The notes beneath the pieces are model-generated. The model did not search any database and had not been told where the DNA came from. It saw only the letters and a list, made by a program, of their open reading frames with translations. Both the position numbers and the translations under genes were made by a program. A DNA stretch of 64,000 nucleotides from the NCBI GenBank assembly GCA_963664015.2, contig CAXXLF010000002.1, positions 192,001 through 256,000 of the forward strand, read 5' to 3'. The first letter of the stretch is position 1; each line of letters opens with the position of its first letter. Source of the stretch: Candidatus Binatia bacterium. Lineage in GTDB: Bacteria > Desulfobacterota > Binatia > UBA9968 > CAXXLF01. This document shows, one piece after another, positions 1-10,141 of the stretch.

Positions 1-126
1 TTTGGTCCCAATGACATTAATGGCAACGATTCGATTGAAAATCGCAGGTCCAAAGACTGCACGGATCAGTGAGAGGATCACGAGCAAGGAAAGAAAAAGC
101 ACCGAACCTAGAAGAAACCCTTCCAT
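1..126 (-). CDS. mnhF: Mrp/Mnh Na+/H+ antiporter subunit F (partial, runs off window start)
   Basis: Manual translation from ATG at 126: MEGFLLGSVLFLSLLVILSLIRAVFGPAIFNRIVAINVIGTK, with the MnhF-like 'R...GP...RI.A' pattern; directly follows mnhE. Confidence 0.8.
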   Translation of the reverse strand, partial: MEGFLLGSVLFLSLLVILSLIRAVFGPAIFNRIVAINVIGTK

Positions 127-131
127 GCACC

Positions 132-698
132 TTAGTCCTTTCGTGCCATCGGCCGCTTATCTTCCCTGTATATGGCGGCCACACGTTTTTCCATTTCACC
201 ACTGAGGAGATCATCAGCTACTTTTTGTGTGATGGCATGTACGCAAAGGGTGCCCTCTCGGACATCAGCGGTAATGGTGCCTGGCGTTAGCGTAATGGAG
301 GTTGCCAAGGTCGTCAATGCCCACTCACTTTTGAGGCCCGTGTGCAATTCCACAATACGAGGTGCTATGGGCAGTCTGGGGTGAAGAACCAATTTAACGA
401 CGTGTAGGTTTGCCAGAAGGATCTGATAGAACAACCAGGGTAGATAGCGGCAAAATCGAAGCAAAATTCCGACCGATCCTGCAACCTCATAGTTCGGTAG
501 TAATAGATCGTGCGAAAGATATGCCACTAACGTGGCACAAAGGAGCCCGAACCCAACATGAAAGAGATCGAATTGCCCGGACAATACCAGCCACAGAGCA
601 AAGAGTACGCAGAAGGTGAAAAAGAATGCGGCCCTGTTGAAGCGACGCGCTGATTTCGAATGATCAGATTTCACGCTCTTTATCCGAGTGGCGTGCAT
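132..698 (-). CDS. mnhE: Mrp/Mnh Na+/H+ antiporter subunit E
   Basis: LWLVLSG...ANLHVVKLVLHP...LATSITLTPGT motif typical of MnhE; start codon uncertain. Confidence 0.9.
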   Translation of the reverse strand: MHATRIKSVKSDHSKSARRFNRAAFFFTFCVLFALWLVLSGQFDLFHVGFGLLCATLVAYLSHDLLLPNYEVAGSVGILLRFCRYLPWLFYQILLANLHVVKLVLHPRLPIAPRIVELHTGLKSEWALTTLATSITLTPGTITADVREGTLCVHAITQKVADDLLSGEMEKRVAAIYREDKRPMARKD

Positions 699-839
699 GA
701 ATAGGCTTGGAGCGAAATTAAACTCATTTTGAGTCTTAGAGCTGAACTGGCCCTCCTATTTACCTGGTCCCAGATGATTCTGCAAGCATCTTTTTCCCTC
801 TTTCCGCGACGCCGGCCCCCAGGTGGAAGGAGCAAAATT

Positions 840-2747
840 TTAACTTTCATTTTCCTTAAATCCAAGCTTATACCATAACGGTATCAGGCCCAACCCGGAG
901 ATCAATAATAGGCCGATCCAGGAAGATTGCCATGGGAACCAGAACGGAGCCGGGCTACCTATGAGCCAGGAGCCGATTCCCACAAGCAGGCAAAACACTG
1001 ACAGTCCGCAAGACGTCATAGCTCCTATGGCGCGCCACAAGCGGCGGGGTCCATGATCCTTCTCAACACCCACTTCCCTGGCAATGGGCCCCCAAAAACC
1101 GATAGGCCTCACTTTGGTGTAAAAGGATAACAACCGACTCCTTTCCTCTGGACCAGCCAGTCCCATGGCCAGTAGGGCTGCTAAAGTGGACACCACAGCC
1201 ATAACCAGCAATCGCAATGCGTGTTGTTGATCGTCGACATAAACGAGTAATATGGGCGCAATGACTGAAGATACTAAGATTGCCGTAATTTCTGCCCATG
1301 CGTTCATGCGCCACCACACCCATCGCAGGATTAAAACGACTCCCATTCCTGCCCCCAGGAGAAGACTCAACTCCCAGGCTTGATGGATAGAAGTCAGTTG
1401 GGTCATAATCAGCAACGCAATGGTCAATATGAGAATATTGGAAAAACGAGCCACCCAGACCAGGGAGCGCTCACCGGGTTCTCGCCTCAGCCAAGCCTGA
1501 CAGATAAACCTTTTGTAAATATCATTAGTCCAATAGGAAGCCCCCCAATTCAAATGGGTATCCACTGTGGAGGCCAAGGCCGCCAGCATGGCGGTCAGCA
1601 TCAACCCCATCAATCCCGGGGGTAACAGTTCAGCCATTCCCCTCACGTAAGTTGCCTCTCGATCGGCGTGCAGGTACTCCTGCGTCAGGTTGGGGTCAGC
1701 AGGGAATAGAAGCAAAAGCCCTAACCCCAAGGGTAACCACAACAAACTTCTCAGTAGGACCTGGGCAAAGGTAAAGACAATGGCTGCGATTTTCGCGTCT
1801 TTTTCGCTGCGACAGGCCATGGATCTTTGAGCGAGATAACCCGTCCCGTCTGAATTGAGTTGGATGATCCACTGAAGGGCGAAAAGAAAGAGCAAGGCCG
1901 AGGAGGCATCCTTGGCCTGGTCCGGGGTGAAAGCCAATATCTGCTGGGGCAGAATACCACCGGGTCCCCCAGTAGCAAATTTCTCAAAAATTTGATTCTT
2001 GATCGCCTCTAACCCGCCCACCTTGCCAACCACAATGATAGTGAAGCTGAGGGTCCCCAGTAACATTATGAAAAACTGTACGATATCGGTAGCCACAACG
2101 CTTCTCAATCCCCCCGTGGCCGAATAAAGGGTCGTGATAAGGACAATCGATCCTATGGAAATCAGGTTGGCTGCGGACTTGACCCAAATCTCTGGATCGT
2201 TGGCCGGGGCTGCGGTCAAAGGAACTTCCACCCATCTTACAAAATCGACAACGGGCTGAAACATCGCTGATGGCAACCAAAGGTCCCAGAGGAGAAACGG
2301 TTCAGCGATCTTGGCGGCGGCAAATAGCACCCAAGCAAGGACGGTACAGTTGAAGATGGTACCAAAATAAACGGCCTTAACCCCTCGAAGGACGGCGGCG
2401 GGTGATCCTCCATAACGGACCTCAGTGAGTTCTGCGTCGGTAATGACCCCTGCCCGCCGCCAACTGGACGCAAGGACAAATCCCATGAGCAAAAAGGCAA
2501 GAGCATAAATCCATAATTGCCACAGCGCAAATATCCCAGCCGTCGCGATAATTCCGGTCACTAGCAAGGGGGTGTCGGCCGCGAATTGAGTTGCCGCCAT
2601 GCTCAGTCCAGCCTTCCATCCAGGGAGACTGCGCCCTGCCAGGAAATACTCTTCTATGTTCTTGGAAGCCTGACTACGGTTTTTAAGGCCGGAACAGATT
2701 GCGTAGATGACAAACAGGGCGATAATGCTCACATCGATCCAACTCAT
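840..2747 (-). CDS. Sodium:solute symporter (SSS family)
   Basis: EYFLAGRSLPGW, ATQFAADTPL, GGLRSVVATD, QRSMA motifs; many TM segments. Confidence 0.9.
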   Translation of the reverse strand: MSWIDVSIIALFVIYAICSGLKNRSQASKNIEEYFLAGRSLPGWKAGLSMAATQFAADTPLLVTGIIATAGIFALWQLWIYALAFLLMGFVLASSWRRAGVITDAELTEVRYGGSPAAVLRGVKAVYFGTIFNCTVLAWVLFAAAKIAEPFLLWDLWLPSAMFQPVVDFVRWVEVPLTAAPANDPEIWVKSAANLISIGSIVLITTLYSATGGLRSVVATDIVQFFIMLLGTLSFTIIVVGKVGGLEAIKNQIFEKFATGGPGGILPQQILAFTPDQAKDASSALLFLFALQWIIQLNSDGTGYLAQRSMACRSEKDAKIAAIVFTFAQVLLRSLLWLPLGLGLLLLFPADPNLTQEYLHADREATYVRGMAELLPPGLMGLMLTAMLAALASTVDTHLNWGASYWTNDIYKRFICQAWLRREPGERSLVWVARFSNILILTIALLIMTQLTSIHQAWELSLLLGAGMGVVLILRWVWWRMNAWAEITAILVSSVIAPILLVYVDDQQHALRLLVMAVVSTLAALLAMGLAGPEERSRLLSFYTKVRPIGFWGPIAREVGVEKDHGPRRLWRAIGAMTSCGLSVFCLLVGIGSWLIGSPAPFWFPWQSSWIGLLLISGLGLIPLWYKLGFKENES

Positions 2748-2801
2748 TGAATCCCTCAGAAACCGGAGTAGAAACGAAGTTCCCTCATGGGTGGAACCGT
2801 A

Positions 2802-3564
2802 TTAAGACGTCCAAACGCCCTTTGGGTCATATTTTCTCACGGCGGCGATCTCATCCATCGAAGGCGGAGTGGTTTCTTGAATCTCATCTGCAGGTTTTAG
2901 GGTCCAGGCCGTTTCGCGTTGGATCTCCTGAACCGTGCCACCAAGGTGATCGGAGCTCAGAACCATTTCACGGCTCGTGGAATCAAATGAAAAGATTCCT
3001 AGGCTCGTAATGACGCGACTGGGTCCTCCACCTCTAAGACCCTGCTTTTGTCGCCAATCATAACCGCTACCGTATCCTGGTGAGGTCATAAAGTGGACCT
3101 TAGGGGAAAACCGACGTCTCTCATGATTCATGATAATAATGCATCGGCCCGCCAGGGCCGCGATGTCTGCGGCCCCACCACTCCTGGGAAGCCGAGTTCG
3201 CTTCATTCGGTCTGCGACCCAGTGGGTGTTCAGGTTGCCCAACTGATCCACCTCGGCTCCACCGATAAATCCCAATTCGACTCGTCCGCTCTGAAGCAGA
3301 CCCATCACATCCAACAGGCCGCCGCAGGAGAGGGAACGGGCCACGTTGGGAGGATCGCTCATGGTGAAGATGGGGGTCCAGGGCGGGCCAATCCCGGATC
3401 ACCCCGTTTTCAAAGATTCCTATCGTCGTAGGGACGTGAAGTTCCTTTGCGACAACGAACCCAAGCAGAGGCAGCCGCATGCCGACAAAGGCCTTTTCCC
3501 CGTCGTGGATCTCACGAGCGGCGGCCACAACCATCAATTCTCTACGCGTATAATCCATCGTCAA
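2802..3564 (-). pseudogene. CoA-transferase beta subunit (glutaconate CoA-transferase B-like), frameshifted
   Basis: N-half in ORF 3121..3564 (AAREIHDGE..FVGMRLP..FENG); C-half in ORF 2802..3362 (GFIGGAEVDQLGNLN, RLP[R]SGGA). +1 shift in a C-run near 3375; conserved LPGSGG reads LPRSGG. Confidence 0.8.
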
Positions 3565-4471
3565 AGGCCGAAATTAACGGGTAGCGGGAGTAGTTCGGCC
3601 CGTGGCTTGAGGTTAGCCACCCGTTTTTGACCCAGTCGTTGAAGAAACTCCGAATGATCCCTAATGCCGAGCACCCAGTTATCCAGCCAACGCAAAGATT
3701 CGTCCATGCTTCGGGATTGCTTGTGGTAATCAAAGAAAAAATAGTCATCCCGACCAACGTAATCTTGCGTGGGCGAGGCATGGGAAGCAAAGGGTTCATG
3801 AACAACCCTGGATACGACAAATCCGGGGATGACCGTACGGTTGGGATCCGTAAGGATCTCTTCGTGAGTTACGATCTCCTCACAGGTCAGGATCACCCTT
3901 CGGGCCGCCATTGCCGCTTCCTGCACAACTCCTAGATTGCCCCAGAGATGGGCGTTACGCTCGGGGTCGCCCTCTGGACATGAAGAATGGCAACATCGGG
4001 AACAATGGACCGAACGACCAAAAGCTCCTCACCGGTATACGGACAACGGAGCGGTTTAAACTGGGTGTCGTGGCTAAAAGCGCTTTCCCGGATCGTCTGA
4101 GTTGGCAGGAAAGGTAATCCAATCGCTGCAGCCTTGAGACCCACGCGCAAGGTAAAATTTGAATGTTCCTCAATTTCCAATGGGCCGGGTATTTTTTCCT
4201 CCATGGCCCGTGTAAAGTTATGCCCCAAGCCTGCCGCCACATTTCCAACCCAGGCTGTGAGGACCTTTTTCGCACATCCGGCCCCTATGAGTTGATCAAA
4301 CTGAATATCGGAAATTGGGGCGATCAGCGTCAGGTTCCTTTTATTCTGCCTAACGATTTCATGACTAGCCGCGAATGGGATCAGAGATTCAAGCCCACAG
4401 CCCATAGCGACCGACATGCCATCCACAATTTCTTCGCCAATTGCCTCCTGCATTGAGCAGAGTTTCTCCAT
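3561..4471 (-). pseudogene. CoA-transferase alpha subunit (glutaconate CoA-transferase A-like), frameshifted
   Basis: ORF 3932..4471 (GLPFLP, PDVAILHVQRA) continues in another frame near 3970 as DPERNAHLWGNLGVVQEAAMAARRVILTCEEIV (ORF 3561..3926). Confidence 0.8.
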
Positions 4472-4501
4472 GGCCCTTCTATCTATCTGTTCATTTAAAA
4501 T

Positions 4502-4525
4502 CGGAACTTCCTAGTTTAAGGTCTT
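4502..4525. repeat. Terminal inverted repeat of the IS1595 element (transposase-distal end)
   Basis: Exact reverse complement of 7593-7616. Confidence 0.95.
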
Positions 4526-5744
4526 ATCTAACGCCATCGGATTTCAGTTTAGCGATTAGGAAAGCTTGATCCCTATCTCCCTTGGTGCTGTTACATGCCC
4601 CGCAGAGCAGTTGCAGGTTGTCCAAATGATCGCTCCCACCCTTACTCTGAGGAACCATGTGGTCCACCGTGAAATTGCGGAAGGGGAAGAACACCCTGCA
4701 ACCTCCGCACAGACCCTCTTGCTTGCCGAATAGTTGATGCTTGTGGGTCCGGTATCTTGGCAATTCTCCCTGGTCCGTCCGCTTCGGTATGTCGGATCGG
4801 CGGATCGGCTTGAAGTTGTGGAATAGGTCAATCTCCTTACGGATTCGTACCTGCACAAGATCGACTGCTTTCTCAGAAATGTCGATGCCTACCCACTGAC
4901 GGCCCAGACGTTCGGCTGCGACACAGGCCGTGGCGCACCCGGCGAAGGGGTCTAGCACCATATCACCATCGTTGGAGCTGGCCTGGATGATACGGGCCAG
5001 CAGGGCTAAGGGTTTTTGTGTAGGGTATCCGACCCGTTCTTTAGCGTTCGGGTTTATTATAGAAATCTCCCACCAATCGGGACACGGACTCTTGGCTTCA
5101 CTGTCTGTGGACGTTGCCAGCCTCATGCCATCTTGGAAAACGGCCTGCTGCTTTTTCCCCTTCCACCGCTTCATGGTGCCCTTCGACACCGGAACATACT
5201 GCGGGTTGAACGTCGCAAGGTCAGCATTGGAGTAGAAGAGGATGGTGTCGTGGTTTCTAACGAATTGTTTAGCTTCAACAGACCATTTCCTGTAGCACCA
5301 AGAAACCTCATTTCTAAACTCTCTCACTCCGAATACTGCATCCATGAGCAGCTTCAGGTAATGGCTCGCCGTGGGATCGCAGTGAAGGTAGACGGAGCCG
5401 GTGTCTTTGAGTATCCGCCGCATCTCTAGCAACCGGACGGCCATCATGATCAGATAGGATTTCATGCTGTCCCCATTCGCCAACCCCGCCGAACCGATAA
5501 CTGAGTACATAGTCGGGTTCTGCTCGGCGATTTCCCCGTGCCAAGCCACGTCTACATCGTCAAGGGTCCAGGTGTCCTTGAAGGCCGCTCCGGCTGCCTC
5601 CGAACCGATAGGAGCACTGTAGTTGCGGTCACTTTTGAACGGCGGGTCCAGGTAGATCAGGTCAACACTCTCGGAGTTCATACCCCGCATGATGTCCAAG
5701 TTGTCCCCGGTCCACATGGTTCGGTTTTTCCAGTTTGGTTCCAT
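4524..5744 (-). CDS. Beta-class N6-adenine/N4-cytosine DNA methyltransferase fused to a C-terminal HNH endonuclease domain
   Basis: DLIYLDPPF (motif IV), YPTQKP, VLDPFAGCAT (motif I); C-terminal CGGC...DHMVPQSKGGSDHLDNLQLLCGACNSTK zinc-HNH. Confidence 0.9.
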   Translation of the reverse strand: MEPNWKNRTMWTGDNLDIMRGMNSESVDLIYLDPPFKSDRNYSAPIGSEAAGAAFKDTWTLDDVDVAWHGEIAEQNPTMYSVIGSAGLANGDSMKSYLIMMAVRLLEMRRILKDTGSVYLHCDPTASHYLKLLMDAVFGVREFRNEVSWCYRKWSVEAKQFVRNHDTILFYSNADLATFNPQYVPVSKGTMKRWKGKKQQAVFQDGMRLATSTDSEAKSPCPDWWEISIINPNAKERVGYPTQKPLALLARIIQASSNDGDMVLDPFAGCATACVAAERLGRQWVGIDISEKAVDLVQVRIRKEIDLFHNFKPIRRSDIPKRTDQGELPRYRTHKHQLFGKQEGLCGGCRVFFPFRNFTVDHMVPQSKGGSDHLDNLQLLCGACNSTKGDRDQAFLIAKLKSDGVR

Positions 5745-6647
5745 TCAATCTTCTGTGTCCGGCAAGTCTAGATCAAGATTTGTATTAATTCTGGGTCGCC
5801 ACCTTTGCAGTCTACGCTTAAACTCACTCCATGCCCGTTCTGGGTCGTGATGGGTGACAGTATTCATGATGGCAATTGCGCCATGTAGATGTTGCATTAA
5901 TTCCAGATAGCCCACTTCCCTAGTCAGGTGTTGATGATGCTTGCCTTCCCTTTCTCCACTCTCCATCCTTGGGTTGAATAATTCCAGTTGATCTAGTAAC
6001 CCAGGCGCTAGTCTTGCGTACACAATGTCATTTGTGTAATAGCCTACGACTTGTGGTCTATTGATATTCATTCCTTGCCATGCCCACCCCTTGAGCCTAA
6101 AGATTTCCTTGTAAAACTCATCAGGGAATGTCTTGGCCCATGCTGCCCGTGTAGGCGTCAGGTATCGGTCCAGAATCGCTTGTAATGCCGCTTTGTCTCT
6201 GATTTCCTGATAGTTAGTGGCCTCATCGACTAATGCTGCGATTCCTACATGAGCAAATCCACGCAACAAGATTTCAGCTTGTTCTGCTATATGCGTCTGT
6301 GACTGATATAACGCATTCGCGTCACGGGCTTTAAGATATACCTCACAGACACCCGGCAAAATCTCTGCCGAATATCCAAAGATCAGATGTTTTTCGAACC
6401 AAAACTGTACAACACTTGTCGCCATCATTAAGTCTTTGGATATAAAGGGTTTTAGGTTGTTTTGGGCTAGAAATGGGGGCAGTTTGTCGCCACCCCCTGT
6501 CCCCCCTCTAATTGAACCAGACCTGCCTAAAGCACCTAAGACACCACGCTGACTCAAAATCCTGCGTCCATCAGCTAGTACAAAACATGTGAATCTTATA
6601 TCTCCTATCTTCAATTCCCCACTATGGGTAGCCTGTGGGACGTTCAT
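5745..6647 (-). CDS. P63C domain-containing protein
   Basis: VLADGRRILSQRG N-terminus; GFAHVGIAALVDEATNYQE...WAKTFPDEFYKEIFRLKGW...YTNDIVYARLAPG...KHHQHLT matches the P63C family pattern. Confidence 0.85.
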   Translation of the reverse strand: MNVPQATHSGELKIGDIRFTCFVLADGRRILSQRGVLGALGRSGSIRGGTGGGDKLPPFLAQNNLKPFISKDLMMATSVVQFWFEKHLIFGYSAEILPGVCEVYLKARDANALYQSQTHIAEQAEILLRGFAHVGIAALVDEATNYQEIRDKAALQAILDRYLTPTRAAWAKTFPDEFYKEIFRLKGWAWQGMNINRPQVVGYYTNDIVYARLAPGLLDQLELFNPRMESGEREGKHHQHLTREVGYLELMQHLHGAIAIMNTVTHHDPERAWSEFKRRLQRWRPRINTNLDLDLPDTED

Positions 6648-7534
6648 GCTGCCACCCCCAATCCAAGATTGATGGTGGAGTTAAAGGCCAGGAGAGGGTT
6701 TACCTTGCGTAGATTGTAGCGGTAGCAGAACTCATCAACATAGCGTTGCAGGTGCTTTCGGCTCACGCTGTGGAACTGGCCGAACATACCGCGCTTCAAG
6801 AGAGCCCAAAATCCCTCAATCGTATTGGTGTGAATGTCGCCGTCTACGTACCATTCTTGATGCTTGATGACGGAATGAGGCAGAACCTTGGACATACTGA
6901 GATAACCCTTGTATTCATCTGTGATTAAACGGGTGGTTGATGTATCAATCTTGCTTCGTACGAAGGCGCGCATGTGTCTGCCCTTCATCTTATCCTTAGC
7001 AACGGACTTAGCTGTAACCTTCCCCCCACGCTCCACAGCCCCGATTACCGGAGCTTTAGGGGTCCCGCGTCCTCTTTTGTGACTACCGCCAGGTCCATCA
7101 CCTGGGGTCCCTTTTCTTGGTTTCCCCCCTACATAAGTCTCATCCATCTCAACGATGCCTGTTAGCATCCCGCGTTGCTCGCTTTGAGTCATGGATTTAC
7201 GGATCTGCATAGCGATCCTCCAAGCCGTGTTTTTATTCACCTTGAGATCGCGGGAAAGCTGAAGTGATGAAAGCCCCTTCCTAGCGTTCAATACCAGCAT
7301 GACTGCAAGGAACCACTTTTGAAGCGGCATATGGGTATGGTGAAATATCGTGCCGACCATCACACTAAAAGATGTTTTACAATCGTAACAGCGGTGGCGA
7401 TGCTGGTTGCGTGCTGTATTGATTGATCGGCAATAAGGACAAACTGGCTTATCCTTCCAGCGGGCCTTTTCCAGGTGAGCTATGCAATCTTTTTGGGTTG
7501 GAAACTGCTCGAAAATCCTTGTAATATTCATCAT
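6644..7534 (-). CDS. IS1595-family DDE transposase
   Basis: Zn ribbon CPYC...CYDC, HTH, VEMDETYVGG, LITDEYKGY, HTNTIEGFW, YVDEFCYRYN. Confidence 0.95.
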   Translation of the reverse strand: MMNITRIFEQFPTQKDCIAHLEKARWKDKPVCPYCRSINTARNQHRHRCYDCKTSFSVMVGTIFHHTHMPLQKWFLAVMLVLNARKGLSSLQLSRDLKVNKNTAWRIAMQIRKSMTQSEQRGMLTGIVEMDETYVGGKPRKGTPGDGPGGSHKRGRGTPKAPVIGAVERGGKVTAKSVAKDKMKGRHMRAFVRSKIDTSTTRLITDEYKGYLSMSKVLPHSVIKHQEWYVDGDIHTNTIEGFWALLKRGMFGQFHSVSRKHLQRYVDEFCYRYNLRKVNPLLAFNSTINLGLGVAA

Positions 7535-7565
7535 GCTACGTCCTTTCCCATTGACTATAGGAAGG

Positions 7566-7594
7566 ATCGTACCATGAATCTAAATAGATGTCAA
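7566..7594 (-). promoter_or_regulatory. sigma70-type promoter for the transposon operon, overlapping the TIR
   Basis: Minus strand TTGACA (7594-7589), 17 bp spacer, TACGAT (7571-7566) with an extended -10 TG. Confidence 0.7.
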
Positions 7595-7616
7595 GACCTT
7601 AAACTAGGAAGTTCCG
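7593..7616. repeat. Terminal inverted repeat of the IS1595 element (transposase-proximal end)
   Basis: Exact reverse complement of 4502-4525. Confidence 0.95.
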
Positions 7617-8134
7617 TTTAAAATTGCGCAAATCCTATCACTTATAAATGTGTAAATCCCACTCTTGGCAGCTGTTCGCCTCATATGGCTTTCCAACCGT
7701 CGGTTTAAAACAGGAGGATACCATTTCTTGGATTTTGGTGTTCTCATGGATTGACGTGCTCGCCTGTCGTCATGCTCTCGAATTCGTTCACGGGCATACC
7801 CAAGGAACGCAAGATCTAGTGGTAATAGGCAGGAAAACACAATATCGACCCTACGGCCCATCAGGGCTCCAAATGTTCAGCGGAGAGTGCCCTAGGAAGC
7901 TTACCCAGTTATTGGTAAGTTATTGATTTGTAGTCATATTCGCAGCTTATGATTTAAGCAATACGCTGGCGAACGCTACTTTTGGCCCCCGTGGCTCTCC
8001 CCGAACCCACTTATGCACAACTTAATGAACAGATTTAGTGGAAACTTTAACGCCAGGTCAGTCAAAAAAGTAAGGATTTGGCCGCCTTGTTTTCCAACCG
8101 TGGAAATGCTACGTGAACTTCCTGGATTTAAACC

Positions 8135-8674
8135 ATGGAATCGATTGAAGAGTTGGCAAGGCTCCTGACGGAGCAGAATCGCGTGGATGAGAAATTGGAA
8201 GAGACTCAGGCCTCTCTTTCTTGTATTAGAAAAGAGATCTCAGAATCCCTCCCACGTGCCTCGTTGAACGAAAAAGAGGAGCCCCCATACATGGATGAAG
8301 GACTCGTACAGAAAGAACAGACCTTTGAACGCTTGCTTCAGGCGTTACAGGACATGAAGGGTGAGGTGCAGGCAAAAATTCGTCCCTTGAAGGAGCAGAT
8401 TGTTCAGGCCAACATCAACAATCTCTTAGAAGTCCACGCCAGTGAGGTAGACAGGCTGGAGAGTTGTCTCAACGCCATTGACCAGACGATTCTCGACTGC
8501 CGATCCCTTGTCGACAAGTCCGCTAAATCCCATGAAGAACTCAATAGTATAAATGAAAAATTTTCTCGCTTCGGTGCCGAACCCATGACCATCGCAAATT
8601 CCATCAGCAGCAACGAAATTGAAAAGACACTTCGAGAGCGCATCGAGCATTTGAGACTGCAAGGGAAGCTCTAG
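8135..8674 (+). CDS. Hypothetical coiled-coil protein
   Basis: 179-aa ORF rich in E/Q/L/K with heptad character; no recognised motif. Confidence 0.6.
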   Translation: MESIEELARLLTEQNRVDEKLEETQASLSCIRKEISESLPRASLNEKEEPPYMDEGLVQKEQTFERLLQALQDMKGEVQAKIRPLKEQIVQANINNLLEVHASEVDRLESCLNAIDQTILDCRSLVDKSAKSHEELNSINEKFSRFGAEPMTIANSISSNEIEKTLRERIEHLRLQGKL

Positions 8675-8869
8675 AACCACCCATCCTACGCTCTCGATCG
8701 AATCAATGCCGGATGTGAAGGGCAATGGACCGGTAACCCTTTCAATTTTCCCGACCACTCACCCGATTACCTTAGTTTATCATTCATCTACAGCCGAATT
8801 CCCTCTCAATTCGAGAGCCGTTTGAGTTCTGAGCCGTTTCGGGGAATACTTGCGTAGACCACCTATACG

Positions 8870-10138
8870 ATGCTCAGTTCCCTTCGTTATCGCAATTTCA
8901 GACTCCTCTGGATTGGAACCGGCCTATCCCATACTGGCGACTTCATGCAGGTCATGGCCCAGGGTTGGCTGGTCTGGCAATTAACCGACTCCGCCCTTCT
9001 TCTTGGAATTGTGGGTTTCTGCCAGGCGCTACCTCGCCTTCTATTGAGCGCCCTTGGAGGGGTGCTGGTTGACCGCACGGACCGGCGCCGGCTTCTCTTG
9101 GTAACCCAGAGTCTGGCCATGGCCCAATCATTCATATTCTGGGCGTTGGTCTACTTCGACCTTATTCAATATTGGCAGATTCTCGTCCTGGTCGTGTTTC
9201 TGGGAATCGTAAACTCGATTCATCAGACGGCACGTCATTCCCTTATCCGCCACATCATTCCTCGCGAGCAGATCGTGAACGCGGTGGCGTTGCATTCGTC
9301 CTTAGCCAACTTCACCAAGATCGTTGGACCCTCCCTGGCCGGGATATTAATCAGCACCATTGGTGTCTCCGGGTGCCTTTTTATCAACGCCCTAAGTTTT
9401 TCAGCAATCATTGTCTCACTGTCGATGATGGATCTGCCGCACTGGCAAAAGGAAGAGCGCCCCGACGGTTTTTGGTCTGAGTTCGGCGAGGGGTTTGAGT
9501 ACATACGGTCCAACCATCGTGTCTATGCCGCCTTGTTGATGGCTTATATCCTCGCCCTGCTGGGCTCCCCTTACTCTCGTTTCCTACCCATATTCGCAAC
9601 GGATATTCTTAATGTTGGCGCCACAGGATTTGGCTTGCTCATGTCGGCACCGGCCCTGGGTGCGGTGGTCGCCGGCCTCTGCCTCGCCTCCCTAGAAAAA
9701 CTACACATGCGGAACTACATTCTATTTGCATGTGTTATCATATTTTCACTGTTCCTCATCCTTTTTGCCCTGTCACGTTCGATGGTTATTTCCTTGGCCT
9801 GTCTGACCCTTGTAGGAGCCAGTCAGATGAGCTTCCGCTCTATGCTAAACGCAAGGCTTCAGATGGATACCCCGCCGCAGCTGCTGGGAAGAGTTCTGAG
9901 CCTGATGTTCATGGATCGAGGTCTCTGGTCCTTTGGGACGGTTCTCATTGGTAGTCTGGCGACTCTTATGGGAACGTCAATGGCCATCGTACTTTGCGGA
10001 TCGTGCTGTGCGGTAATGGGGTCGTTGTTTATGTATTCTGGGTCGATGCGGTCCAGAGCTCGGGCAAGTCTGAATTCCGAAGTCCCAGGTTATCTTCCAG
10101 GTCGTCCGAGGGAGGGCGGAATCAAAGGGGACAAATAG
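8870..10138 (+). CDS. MFS transporter (MFS_3/DHA3-like)
   Basis: SLRYRNFRLLWIG start, GGVLVDRTDRRRLL motif A, about 12 TM, LLGRVLSL. Confidence 0.9.
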   Translation: MLSSLRYRNFRLLWIGTGLSHTGDFMQVMAQGWLVWQLTDSALLLGIVGFCQALPRLLLSALGGVLVDRTDRRRLLLVTQSLAMAQSFIFWALVYFDLIQYWQILVLVVFLGIVNSIHQTARHSLIRHIIPREQIVNAVALHSSLANFTKIVGPSLAGILISTIGVSGCLFINALSFSAIIVSLSMMDLPHWQKEERPDGFWSEFGEGFEYIRSNHRVYAALLMAYILALLGSPYSRFLPIFATDILNVGATGFGLLMSAPALGAVVAGLCLASLEKLHMRNYILFACVIIFSLFLILFALSRSMVISLACLTLVGASQMSFRSMLNARLQMDTPPQLLGRVLSLMFMDRGLWSFGTVLIGSLATLMGTSMAIVLCGSCCAVMGSLFMYSGSMRSRARASLNSEVPGYLPGRPREGGIKGDK

Positions 10139-10141
10139 TCT

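Larger units (their letters stand above)
4502..7616 (-). mobile_element. IS1595-family transposon with two passenger genes (3115 bp)
   Basis: Perfect 24-bp TIR CGGAACTTCCTAGTTTAAGGTCTT (4502-4525) / AAGACCTTAAACTAGGAAGTTCCG (7593-7616); 8-bp direct repeat TTTAAAAT at 4494-4501 and 7617-7624; IS1595 transposase inside. Confidence 0.95.

Noticed and set aside
7625-8130. Short ORFs or ncRNA right of the transposon
   Set aside because: No recognisable motif, RBS or stable structure; treated as intergenic
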